A stretch of 64,000 nucleotides of DNA from Octopus vulgaris (lineage: Eukaryota): contig OX597825.1 of assembly GCA_951406725.2 (NCBI GenBank), positions 41,292,001 through 41,356,000 of the forward strand. The letters run 5' to 3'. The position numbers and the translations under genes are program-made. Of the stretch, positions 25,980 through 38,010 are shown piece by piece. Numbering within the stretch: the first letter of the stretch is position 1; the number at the start of each line of letters is the position of its first letter. The notes below the pieces were generated by a model that searched no databases, was not told the origin of the DNA, and was given only the letters and a program-made list of their open reading frames with translations.

Positions 25980-26690
25980 TGTCCTGCCAAATCTGCCCCA
26001 TAACCTGTCTTCTTTATATACCCTCATCTCAAAACCTATGATCACAATCCCTTACATGCTGTAGGCCCCTCCACTCCCCCTCACATGTATATCCACACAC
26101 TCTACATGCCCTCACATATCTACCATACTCCCACTCCCAACCACTCCAATTTCTCTCCCTATTGCATGCTACAGTCACCTCTTTCCCCATCTCTAAACAT
26201 CTTGTTTCACACTCTTATGAAACACCCCACTATCCCCTCAGTACCACTTATGCTCATGCTATCTGCTACCAGTGGGTAGGTCCTGATGCATCTCCAGCAC
26301 CATCTATTTTTAGTTCTCTCTCTCCTTCCCTCTATCTCTCCTTTCTCTCCTCTCTTTTCATATAAATATCTCTTCTATAGCAAGGCACCTATCTCTGTCT
26401 CTTTGTTATACACTAACTTCCCCATTGGCACAAAACCACTTCCTGTGGTTCACCTCCCTCTACCAGTTGAGAGGTCTTTGTATCACAAGTTACTTGGTGA
26501 CCTCACTAGTGTCAGTGTCATGTAAAAATCATCAGTGCTGGTTCCACATAAAATGTATCCAGTACATTCTGTAAAGTGGTTGGCGTTAGAAAGGGCATCC
26601 AGCTGTAGAGACCATTCCAAAGCAGACAATGGATCAGAGTGCAGCTCTCCAGCTCCCCCTCACCTATCAAACCATCAAAGTCATGCCATA
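25980..26690 (+). mobile_element. Family C retroposon with long pyrimidine-rich 3' UTR-like region
   Basis: Ends in GTGGTTGGCGTTAGAAAGGGCATCCAGCTGTAG. A similar C/T-rich body lies in the opposite orientation at 37187-38010. Confidence 0.65.
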
Positions 26691-27630
26691 TGCACATACA
26701 TATACACATACATAGATTTGTATATATGTGTGTACATATGTACATGTGAATGTTTGCGTATATTTTTTACTATTGGACATTAGCAAGAGATGTTTACATC
26801 AATGTGACAATTGGAAATCCATAGTTTGTCAACACACTGTCGTCAGAATTAAAGCCACAAAATCAGAGAATCAGTGAATAGCATATTGTAACTTTTAACA
26901 AACCATATCCTTGTCTCAAAAGAATCATTTGGGAATGTGTTTTGTCTTATTTCAAAAATTTTGTTTTAATTTCAAAAGCAGGTTTTGGTAAATATTTTCC
27001 AGTTTGTTTATTTTTTAATGTAAATGTTTTAAACAAGTTTGCTTTCTTCAAGTCACATCACTTTCAAAAAGTAGAGCTTTGAATTCGAATGTGCTTTTTC
27101 AATATCCATTAAAGTATAAACCTGCAGTTCACATACAATGCATGTGATTAGACCCATGGTTTTTTTGGAGATGGAGGGAGAGGCAGTAATGTTTTTACAT
27201 ATTCTGATTTTTACTATTTTGATTTTTAGAATTTTCTTCAGTAAATAACAAGACCAATTACACTGTCAATAATTCTTATTCTCTGAGCATACACATATGT
27301 GTGTATGTGTGTTTATGTGGGTGTTTGTGTATGTGAAAGAGAGTAAGTGTGTGTATGGATGTGCATATGTGCTTGTGTCAGTGTGGAAACTGAGATCCTT
27401 TCCTGTCCTGTTTGAGCATTAAAGGAAAATGACCACCCAATGTTTTGGTCATTCACATGCCAAAACAATTGCACCAGCCAGTAATGTTGTTTTGACTGGC
27501 TGTTGAGAGAGATTTCAAAAGTTGCAGTTGTTATTGCTTATCTCCAGATAAGTTCTGACTTTAAAGACCTCTGCTCAATATTTTTGCAGCGGTGATTACC
27601 AGAGCTGGTTTACAGAAATAGTATATCTAG

Positions 27631-28151
27631 TCTTGGCACTCCATCGATTATGATTACAAGGGTTCCAGTTGATCTGATCAATGGAACAGCCTGTTCATGA
27701 AATTAACAAGCAAGTGGCTGAGTACTTCACAGATATGAGTACCCTTAATGTTCTCAAGGATATTCAGCCAGGCACAGAATGTAACAAAGCTAGCCCTTTG
27801 AATTACAGGTACAACTCATTTTTGCCAGCTGAGATGACTGGAGCATCATGAAATAAAGTATCCTGTTCAAAACTACAATGCACCATCAGGAACTGAACTC
27901 ACATTCTTAGAATTGTGAATCAAATTCCCAAACCACTAAGCCACGCACCTTCACTATTCAGCCAGGCACAGAATGTAACAAAGCTAGCCCTTTGAATTAC
28001 AGGTACAACTCATTTTTGCCAGCTGAGATGACTGGAGCATCATGAAATAAAGTATCCTGTTCAAAACTACAATGCACCATCAGGAACTGAACTCACATTC
28101 TTAGAATTGTGAATAAAATTCCCAAACCACTAAGCCACGCACCTTCACTGG
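27631..28151 (-). mobile_element. tRNA-derived SINE with tandemly duplicated 194-bp 5' part and 13-bp TSD
   Basis: TSD ATAGTATATCTAG at 27618-27630 and 28152-28164. Units 27761-27954 and 27955-28148 show one visible difference. Confidence 0.92.
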
Positions 28152-28263
28152 ATAGTATATCTAGGATTACATTATTCAATGAGTCCCTTTATTCATTTTT
28201 TTATTTATTTGATAGTATCATGTGAATTTACAAAGTTTTGGCTAATTTTTCTTGGATGACATT

Positions 28264-28480
28264 AAGGTGGTGAGCTGGCAGAATCAGAAGCACACGGGGC
28301 AAAATGTTTCATGGCATTTCATCCACCTTTATGTTCTGAGTTCAAATTCTGCTGAGGTTGACTTTACATTTCATCCTTTTGGAGTCCACAAAATAAGTAC
28401 CAGTTGAGCACTGAGGTCGATATAATCGACTTATCCCCTACCCTGAAATTTCTGGCCTTATGCCAAAATTTAAAATCAAT
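28264..28480 (+). mobile_element. Family B SINE
   Basis: Family match; TSD-like TTTCTTGGATGACA / TTTCTTGCATGACA. Confidence 0.88.
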
Positions 28481-29356
28481 ATTTCTTGCATGACAATTCA
28501 CCAGATCAAAATGCCCAATTTAAGTCTTGAGAAGAATTAGGATGTTTGATACCCTTGAGAGGCTTCCAGTTTCATATTCCTTTTCTCTTTGTTATAATTT
28601 TTTTATTTGGTCATCTACAGTATCTTACTGGTGTATAGCTTATCAAACAGTAAGTCATAACTCAGTGATGGAGCCTCTGTGTGGTCATTCAGTCTCCTAG
28701 AAAAAGCTGTCAAATTTCCGTCAAACCACACTGTTGTCTTAAAACAAGGAAAAATGTTCTTACATTATGTAGTTAGATGTGTACTGTGTGAATTAATGGC
28801 AGGATGGTCATAGTATAAGAGACTTTGATTATAGATCTGCTTCTGATCATAAAATGCCTTTGATCATAGATCATAGATCATCACGACCAAATTGGCTTGA
28901 TATCAGCAACAACCACAGCAATGATATCAAAACCTGAAAATAAAACAGATGCCTGTGGGATTTTTAAACACAACAATTAAGTGAGAAAAAACATAGAAAA
29001 ATGCATTCAACTTTAATCAGTTTCTCACTATTTCTTTCTCTCTCTCTCTCTGTATCTATCTATCTAGGTAATTTAATTTAATCAGGCTGGTTTACCATTA
29101 AAAAACACCGAAACAATGCATTGTCTAAAGAAGAACAGGGTAAATGTTTTTTAATTTTTCCTTAGATTTCGGAATTACTACTATTTGCGGTTGGAGCCCT
29201 GGCTGCTATTTCTAGTGGGTCGAAAGGCCTATTGTAGCCGTTCCTCAATTGTTGTTGAATTTATTCATAGTCTCTGACTATTTCCTCTTTCTCACTAGAC
29301 CGCTGGTGGCAAAATAATTTCTATTGAATTTTTTGCTACCCTAAATTGATTAATTG

Positions 29357-29391
<35 letters not shown>

Positions 29392-29396
<5 letters not shown>

Positions 29397-29530
29397 GCTT
29401 CTTTCAGTTTCTGTCTACTAAATCCACTCACAAGGCTTTGGTCGGCCTGATGCTATAGTAGAAGACACTTTCTCAAGGCACCATGCAGTGGGACTGAACT
29501 CGGAACCATGTCATTGGTAGGCAAGCTACT
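29392..29530 (-). mobile_element. Family A SINE 5' half, adjacent to (TA)n
   Basis: GGGCTTCTTTCAGTTTCTGTCTACTAAATCCACTCACAAGGC..GTGGGACTGAAC. Confidence 0.85.
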
Positions 29531-29534
29531 TTAT

Positions 29535-30021
29535 TTCAATAAATTTGCCATGTAGGCATAATACAGAGGGGACAAACAAGGACAGACAAACATAGAATGG
29601 GGAAGTAGCTCAAAGCGTTATTATGAATCGATTCAAAATATGGAAAAAGTGAAAAATTTAAAAATAAATTAAAATAAAATACACTGCATTATGCAATGTG
29701 ACACCAAAGGAAAGGCATCCGACATCAGGGTAGGGCCTTTGCTTTTCTTCCAGGACTCCACTTACTTGGTGCCAATCACTCCCAGCTTTCTTAGCACAGG
29801 CTTCCATCTCTTTTCGAATTTCTCACATGACAAGTACCGCTTTTCCAGCCTGATCTTGCTGCTGAGATGGTAACTAAAAAAATTGACCAACCCTTGGCCG
29901 GATACAAAGGTACCCATAACAATACCTTTCACATGTGTCTTCCATACTGTTTCTTTTAAAATGGCTACCACACAGTGAAAACAGACCTTCCTTTCCCTGC
30001 TAAGGGAAGAAGGCATTGTTC
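29535..30021 (-). mobile_element. L1/Tx1-clade LINE 3' end (ORF2 C-terminus plus 3' UTR)
   Basis: ORF 29762-30076 CVVAILKETVWKTHVKG..LVNFFSYHLSSKIRLEKRYLSCEKFEKRW resembles the Tx1 ORF2 C-terminal K..IW..R....F..RW pattern, followed by a T-rich UTR. Confidence 0.65.
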
Positions 30022-30795
30022 TATAGGTGCTGGTACCATGTAAAATGTTCTCATGCTGGTGCCACATTAAAAGCACTCATGCTAGTAGCATGTAAAAATC
30101 ATCCAGTATCTTTATATATATAAAACTGAGAATGTGTGTCTGTCTGTGTGTTTCCCTAAAACTTGAGAACTACACAACCAATTTCATTCAAATTTTACAC
30201 ATGCCTTACTTAGGGTCCGTGTAGTTTCATGGGCAACAAAAATATTCAAATTCTTGCCTAGGGTGAGCCCATAGCAATATCATATCTTCTCCACTATTTC
30301 AGTATTACGTGTTAAAAGTGAAACAAAAACATTTCTCTATTTTATGTCAGATACTTTCACTTTAACAGTAAAAATTAGAGATAATAATAACAATTGAATT
30401 ATATGTAGTAAGTAATAATTAAAATCAAACTAAAGTATAATATAATCATAACATAACAAAAGTAAAAATAGCAATTGGTATAAAATTGCATCAATGACTT
30501 GAACTTGAATAAGTGGTTTCACATGAATGGGAATAAATTAAAAATAAAATTAGTATGCAGAAATGGAATAGTCCAGATGGAGCTGTGCACATACCGTTTA
30601 ATATGGCTTTTACATTAGTTTATCTGCTAATTAGCTAGCATTAAGTATCTATATGAAGTTTGGCTGTATGTAATGTCTGTTTTCTCGAACAGCCGCTTCT
30701 ACTGAGTACTGCTGTTGGTTTATTTCTTATACATAAAGGACTATAGCTTCAACTGTGTACTGCTTTTTGATTCACCATAAGGTTTGTTGTTATTA

Positions 30796-31130
30796 TGATG
30801 GCTCAGTGGTTAGAGCGTCGAGCTTACGATCGTGAGGTTGTGAGCTCGAATCCCGGACCGGGCTGCGTGTTGTGTTCTTGAGCAAGGCACTTTATTTTAC
30901 GTTGCTCCAGTTCACTCAACTGTAGAAATGAGTTGCGACGTCACAGGTGCCAAGCTGTATCGGCCTTTGTCTTTCCCTTGGATAACACTGGTGGCGTGGA
31001 GAGGGGAGGCCGGTATGCATGGGCGACTGCTGGTCTTCCATAAACAACCTTGCCCGGACTTGTGTCTAGGAGGGTAACTTTCTAGGTGCAATCCCATGGT
31101 CATTCATGACCGAAGGGGGTCTTTACCCTA
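30796..31130 (+). mobile_element. Young tRNA-derived SINE inside the Helitron
   Basis: A-box TGGCTCAGTGG, B-box-like GCTCGAATCC, CpGs retained; TSD-like TTGTTATTA / TTGTTATCA. Confidence 0.88.
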
Positions 31131-31319
31131 TTGTTATCACGTTTGTTGGTTCCTTGTAAGGGAAACGTTGTTGTGCTGCATTTGTTAAATAATTGTAAAC
31201 CGTAACCCACCTCCTTTGGGAGAAGGAGCTTTGGTTATTGTTTAAAAATTGAATTGTGTCCCTGCTTGGGGAAATTGACAATATTTTCACCATTTATACA
31301 AAAGCATTTTTGTCCAAAA

Positions 31320-31840
31320 ATGAATTTCACTGCAGCCGTCAGCAGGTGCGAACTCATTAAAATTAAAATGGAAGAAATACAAACCTATTTCGGAATGATC
31401 ACCGACAAAGACGGTGAATCTAGGATAACACCACCAAACGAAATGAAAAATAAAATTAAAGAAAAGACTATTGTCTATAAAGTATACAATGTAGAGAAAA
31501 AAAAAAAAGATTTGAACACCTGGAGGAAAGCACCATTGAAAAGTGTCTTGGTGTGACTATGAAAGATATCAAGTATCTAACCAGAGGCGGTAAATTCGCC
31601 ACAATAGAAGCAAGGTTCAAGTCAACGGAGCATGCAAGGGAGTACTCGACTCGAACCTTGCAAAGTGGAAATATTTTACTTTTACCTTTATATCTGGGAC
31701 GTAGGACATCCCGGATAAAAATTTAAAATGTCCCCCCAGAAGTAGAGGTAGGCTGGATTGCAGCCACACTTCTATACAAGAGGGAGGACAAGATACAATT
31801 GATCAAAATTGCAAGAGACGGGCCTACAATTCCAGTCTGT
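31320..31840 (+). pseudogene. LINE ORF1-like (L1/Tx1, RRM-like) fragment inside the Helitron
   Basis: MNFTAAVSRCELIKIKMEEIQTYFG..TIVYKVYNVEKK, a frameshift in the A-run at about 31500, then RFEHLEESTIEKCLGVTMKDIKYLTRGGKFATIEARFKSTEHAREYSTRTLQSGNILLLPLYLGRRTSRIKI*NVPPEVEVGWIAA. Confidence 0.55.
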
Positions 31841-31924
31841 TATATATTTTGAGAACTGTTATCACTAGTGATGTCAAGATATAACTTTGTATTTTGTATT
31901 TTATGTGTAGATGTATATATATAT

Positions 31925-32340
31925 AGGCACAGGAGTGGCTGTGTGGTAAGTAGCTTGCTAACCAACCACATGGTTGCGGGTTCAGTCCCACTGCGTGGCA
32001 CCTTGGGCAAGTGTCTTCTGCTATAGCCCCGGGCCGACCAATGCCTTGTGAGTGGATTTGGTAGACGGAAACTGAAAGAAGCCTGTCGTATATATATATA
32101 TGTATATGTGTGTGTGTGTGTGTGTGTTTGTGTGTCTGTGTTTGTCCCCCTAGAATTGCTTGACAACCGATGCTGGTGTGTTTATGTCCCCGTCACTTAG
32201 CGGTTCGGCAAAAGAGACCAATAGAATAAGTACTGGGCTTACAAGGAGTAAGTCCCGGGGTCGATTTGCTCGTCTAAAGGCGGTGCTCCAGCATGGCTGC
32301 AGTCAAATGACTGGAACAAGTCAAAGAGAGAAAGAGAGAT
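31925..32340 (+). mobile_element. Family A SINE, young full-length copy inside the Helitron
   Basis: GGCACAGGAGTGGCTGTGTGGTAAGTAGCTTGCT head, GGTTCAGTCCC B-box, internal (TA)/(TG) tract, tail CAGTCAAATGACTGGAACAAG; CpG-rich. Confidence 0.93.
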
Positions 32341-33159
32341 ATATAGATGTACATGTAATATGTACACATATATACATGCACTAACAGTATGACCTGGCAA
32401 CGCCGGGTCATAATGCTAGTAGTCTATAAAATGGTTAGCATTAGGTAGAGCATCCAGCCATAGAAACCAAAACAGGCAATTAGAGCCTGGTCAGCTCTCT
32501 CGCTGGCCAGCTCCTGTCAATCTGACCAACCCATACCAGCATGTAAAACATCTTAAACAGTGATGATATTAGACAATGCCATATCAAAGAGGCTGAATAC
32601 GATTTTAAAATGACGGGTTCTCACTATAACTTACAAAAATGTGGCACTTATTTTCCACTGCATATCTCCAATTCATATTTAATCAATTTAAGAATCAGAG
32701 TGCTCTCCTTGGTCACTCTTCAAAGCAAGTTGTCCATCAACAATTTTCTTATCATTACAGCTGTAAATCAATTGATTAAAAATTCCATTTGGCTCACTGC
32801 ATTATTCATGTTAGCCTGCACCTTTTTTTTTTTTGAGGAAATGCCATCCTCAGAAGAATTTCCAACGGACTCAGCATTCATTGGCATAAATCTATAGCCA
32901 GTAATAGTATTACTAAGTAAAAAAAATATGACTGGAAGTAGATTAGTCAGCACACACTTTGTCAAAATCAGATGACTGATTCTTTGGCAAGTTGTTTAAC
33001 AACACAATTCTGATCTAGCAGATCAGTAATCATATGTATTCCAATTGCAACTATACTCACTTTTTAGGAATACATAAGACTACATTATACAAAATTCAAA
33101 TTCCTTCTTTTAGCCAGTAGCGTTCATAAAAATAAGATCTGACAACTATTTCAAACATG

Positions 33160-34378
33160 TCAATCACCCAAGTTCATAGGCTGATTATGAAGGAATGGGG
33201 CTAGAGTTGTGAAACCTTGCATGCATTACTTTCAACCCTTCTTATTTATAACTGCATTGCTTCTTTTTAGGTAAACTGACACCTGACTGTTCAAAGAAGA
33301 ATTTAAATGTAACTCATATTGACATCTTTTGGAAATGGACAAAATTTGGCATACCTGCAGAAAAAGGACTTAACTCCCAAGAACATTCATGTTTACATGC
33401 TTGCTGACACTCCAGTTTTATCAACAGTGCAAAAGTGGGCTACAACATTTAGGAGGGGAAGGGAAAGTCTTGAAGATGACCCAATGTCTGGATGGCTTGA
33501 AACTGCTACCACTGAAGAAAACATTCATTGTGTTCACCCCATGGCAATGGATGTCAGGTGATTGACTATAAATCAAATAGCTAATGCTATTAGCATATCC
33601 CATGAGAGAGTTGAGAATATTCTGCACCATGAACTTAGCATAATGAAGCTTTCTACTTGGTGAGCTTTCTGACACCTAATCAAAAGCACACCAGGTTGAT
33701 CACATCACCGAAAATCTGACATTGTTTGAAGCAGATCCAGCTGGTTTCCTCATATGTTTCCTAAGCCAAGATGAGTGTTGGGTTCATCACTTTGAGCTAG
33801 AGACAAAGAGACAATCCATGCAGTAGAAATACACTTCCTCACCTGCTCCAAAGAAGGCCAAGGTTTTCATCGGCAGGGAGGGTGACAGCCTCAGTTTTGG
33901 GGATGCAATAGGTATTGTGCTTATTGACTATCTTCAAAAGGGACACACCATAAATGGAGAATACAATGTCAACTTGTTGAGACAGTTATGAAAGACTACC
34001 AAGACCAAACACTCAGTAAAACTGATGAAAAGTGTCTTGTTTCATGGGGACAATGCTCCACTACACAAGTCCTTACTTTTATTGATTGCTGTGTGTGACT
34101 GCAGCTTTGAACTGGTTAATCACCACTGTTATTCTCCTGATTTGGCCCCATCTGACAATCATCTGTTCCACAACATGGAAAAACACAATGATGATGACAT
34201 AATTTCTGCTGTTGAGTTTTTTTTTAACCAGCAGGATGAAAGCTTCTGCATCAAGGAGAGTGAAGCACTGGAACACCAATGGTAGAATTGTGTGGATTAA
34301 AAAGGGGACTATGTTGAAAAAATGGTCATATTCCATGAGAGTATCTTGTTCAGCTTATGAACTTTTCAGTTGACCCAC
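33160..34378 (+). mobile_element. Mariner transposon, near full length, decayed
   Basis: TIRs AAGTTCATAGGCTGA and TCAGCTTATGAACTTTTCAGTTGACCC. Motifs GRESLEDDPMSG, DECWVHHFE, LFHGDNAPLH and YSPDLAPSDNHLF. Confidence 0.93.
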
Positions 34379-35236
34379 TTGGGTTTCGCCTTTCAAACCC
34401 ACATGCTTTAGTAAAGTGCCATACCTTTTATAAGAAAATTTTGTTGTTTAACCTAAGTCCAGCTCCAATCAAGTAGACTTTATTGAGAAAATTTTGATCA
34501 AAACCTTTCTAGCAATGACCATCATAATATTTTTATTAGATATTGTCTATCCCAGACTTTAGAATAAGTACACTGTATCTATGCTTGTTGCAACAAGTGA
34601 AAAAATTGGCATCTGACCATAAAATATAGCATCTAACACATACCAGCATGAAAAGCAAAAACGTTAAGGCTAAGGAAAACAGTAATGATGATGATAGTGA
34701 TGGTGATGATGATTATGATGACGACAACAATTGTGTACATTGCTTACACTATACAATGTGTCACTTTATTCTTTAAGATAGCAAAATGTGATCTGAGTAA
34801 GATTCAGCTACTTTCTCTAGCACTGAACAATCGCACAACACCTCCACTGGCTCATTATAAAATATATTGTTATTGTTTAACCATAAATCAATCTTCATCA
34901 ATTAGATTAGAGGCTTGATTAAAAACATTCCAGCAGTCACCATTTTTTTTACTATGTACTTATTCAGGATCAGATTATCTTATCTGTTCTTTTTGCAAAT
35001 AATTAGTTTGTAATTTAAATGAAATTTGATGGTTATTTCTGGCAGATTGAGGAGCCAGATAGTGGTTTGTTATGCCAAAAGTGTTATGTACTGGTGTTGC
35101 TTATGTTTTCTAAATTAGATTTCCTAATTGATATAAATTTAAGCTGATGTTTAAAGTATAATGATGAACAAGTTAATAGAATACAAGATTAATAACTGGG
35201 AAATTATCCTGTCACAGGTTTCTGTGGAAAGCAATA

Positions 35237-35880
35237 TATCATCATCATCATCGTTTAACATCCGCTTTCCATGCTGGCATGGGTTGAACAGTTTGACTGG
35301 GGACTGGCGAGCCAGATGGCTGCACCAGGCTCCAATCTGATCTGGCAGAGTTTCTACAGCTGGATGTCCTTCCTAACGCCAACCACTCTGAGAGTGTAGT
35401 GGGTGCTTTTACATGCCATCAACACGAGGGCGAGTCAGGCAGTACTGGCAATGGCCTTGCTCAAATGGTGTTTTTTATGTCACCTGCACAGGAGCCAGTC
35501 CAGCAGCACTGGCAACGACCTCGCTCTAATGTTGTTTTTCACATGCCACTGGCACAAGTACTAGTAAGGTGTTGATGGTAATGATCATGCTCGAATGGTG
35601 CTTTTTATGTGCCACTGGCATAAGGGCCAGTCAGCAGCCCTGGCAACAATCATGCTCAGATGGTGCTCTTAGTGCTCCACTAGCACGGATGCCAGTCATG
35701 CAGTGCTGTCATCGAATTTGATTTCGATTTCACTTGCTTCAACAGGTCTTCACAAGCAGAGTTTAGTTTCCAATGAAGGAAAGATATGCATAAGTGGGCT
35801 GGTTACCCCAATGGCATAAGCCATGGGTTTTGGTCTCACTTGGCTTGCTGGGTCTTCTCAGCATATTTCTATAGGTTTTG
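35237..35880 (-). mobile_element. Family C retroposon 3' region with internal 60-70 bp tandem subrepeats
   Basis: (CAT)n tail; unit resembling ATGCCACTGGCAC..CCAGTC..GGCAACGATCATGCTC repeated about four times over 35405-35700. Confidence 0.85.
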
Positions 35881-36964
35881 GTCACAGCTCAGTCCACTTA
35901 GATGTCAAGAGATACTAGTGTAAGAAGCAACTTCAATAGAAATGAACTGATAGAAATGAATCATCACTGATGTTCCTGGGAACCAAGGGAACTTCCAATC
36001 AAGTCTTTTCCCATCAGACGCCTTCACTCATTTGACCTACCTGGGTTTGATTGAATTCTAGCCTGCATTACAGCAGCAACAAGCCTGTCCTCTTTTACTC
36101 AGGCCACCTAGTGGCTTTCTCACAGGTTTATTGATGAATATATACTACACTCTATTTTTGGCACTAGTGCAGTCAAATATCTGCAGAGTGAGCATCCCAT
36201 AAAATCCTGGCAGACCACTTGAATTAGTTTGCAGCAAATTTGCCATTCTCTTATTCAGCACTGCTTCACCAACTCCTGTTTTATAGCCAGCTTTCTCTCT
36301 TCCATTTATTCTTCTCAAGGAACAATCCTTTACTACATTGTCACATGCCTGAAAGACTCTGGGAAGATTGTCATGTGTGGGTGAAGTGTGGTTTGTATAA
36401 TATATTCAAGAAAGTTAAAAAATATACAGAAACAATTTATCAAAAGGTGGCCTGCCTTTGATAAATTTCATGAAAGCAAAGATTTCTTTACTGCCTATTT
36501 AACTAATTAGATTTGCTATGATAGTCACTATTACCATACATATACATTTACTGATAAAGTAAAACTTTAGGGAGATAGATTAATGTATACATGCACACAT
36601 GGAATAATGGATACACACATCCGTTAAATCAATGCAGTTAATTATCAAAATGCTGTAAAAGTGAATAAACAAACATTAAAATACAATTATTTCAAATTAA
36701 TTGTAAAACAGAGCAGTTAATTTCAATTATATTAATTAATTTGTATTTTTGCATCTATCAAAATATTCAGTCCGAAGTAACCTCCACAGTTGATAAATTA
36801 ATTTTCTCTGCGTAAAGAAAGCAGTAACCATCATCCACAATCCAAACAGGAGGATTTTACAAAGTTGTTTGAAATGCTAACTGTGGAAGTCAAATCATCC
36901 TTAAATCACACACTGCTGTCTTAAAAACACAAAAGACATTAGCTAATGTAAGGAGATCTTTATA

Positions 36965-37038
36965 AATGTGTGCATGTGTGTGAGTGCACTTTTGTGTATG
37001 TGCATATGTATGTGTACATATGTATGTATGTATGTATG

Positions 37039-37105
<67 letters not shown>

Positions 37106-37190
37106 GCACACACATAAACAAGCACGCACACTTGTGCACACATTCATGCACATACATACACACACATATGTATGTATGTATGTATATCAT
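36965..37190. repeat. Compound (TATG)n/(TA)n/(CA)n microsatellite
   Basis: Directly visible. Confidence 0.97.
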
Positions 37191-38010
37191 TATCAGCATT
37201 TAACATACATGTTCTATGCTGATATGCTTTAGGCCTTTTGACTAGATCCTATGGGCCTGAGGACTGTATTATGTTCCAATATCTGCTTTGGCATAGTTTC
37301 TACAGCTGAAGGCCCTTCTTAATGCCAACAACTTTACAGTGTGTAATGGTTGCTTTGTTTGTGTGTGTGTGTGTGTCACCAGCACTAGTGCTGTTGGCAA
37401 GAACTATGAGCTCCCAGTGGGTGGGAGCTTGGAAGTGAGGATTAATAGTATGAGAAAAGGGATCAGAACAGATCAAGTTTTTTTGTTATGGAGGAGCTAC
37501 ATGACTCCTCATACTTTAGAAAAGAGTGTGAGAGTGATTGAGTGAAGTTGGAAAATGATAAAGTAATAATGGGGATGAGGTGTCAGGGTGGACATTCAAG
37601 GCAAGAAGTGGGCAGAAATGATTGGGGCAGAGGGCACACGGTTCAGGAGGGAGAATAGGAGATGAGTGACAGTGTGGAGCAGCAGAACAGTAATGAGAAA
37701 GCAGCTGACAGGAGAAGGACAAGAAAGGGATGGTGTTGGGTAACTTGCTGGAGTGAGTGGGGGAAGTGAGAGGCAAGTGTAGTGCATAAGAAGGGTGAGA
37801 GACATATGATAGGGGGAGGAGAGCTACTAAGTGGCTTAGTAGGATCAAGTGTACAATGAAAGTGTGGGTAGAAAAAACATTGTTAATTGACAAAAGGTTG
37901 ATAACAAGTAAGATGATTCTGGGCTGTAAGCAAAGTGGTTTAAAAGAAGAGTTGCATTTAGGAAAGTGATGGGTCATGAGTTTGTCTTTAGAAGGAAGGA
38001 TAGTCACCCT
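37187..38010 (-). mobile_element. Family C retroposon, older copy with purine-rich body on plus strand
   Basis: CATTATCAGCATTTAACAT..TTTCTACAGCTGAAGGCCCTTCTTAATGCCAAC. Confidence 0.65.

Larger units (their letters stand above)
30109..32419 (+). mobile_element. Non-autonomous Helitron with internal cargo
   Basis: 5' TCTTTATATATATAAAACTGAGAATGTGTGTCTGTCTG; 3' hairpin GACCTGGC-AAC-GCCGGGTC (32391-32409) then CTAG. Inserted between A30108 and T32420 with no TSD; the flanks rejoin into one family C element. Confidence 0.9.

Noticed and set aside
30799-30865. tRNA gene candidate with TAC anticodon-like loop
   Set aside because: No proper acceptor stem or terminator; it continues into a SINE body with TSD-like flanks.
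35405-35700. Repeat-spacer-like pattern suggestive of CRISPR
   Set aside because: Degenerate tandem subrepeats within a eukaryotic retroposon; no unique spacers and no cas genes.
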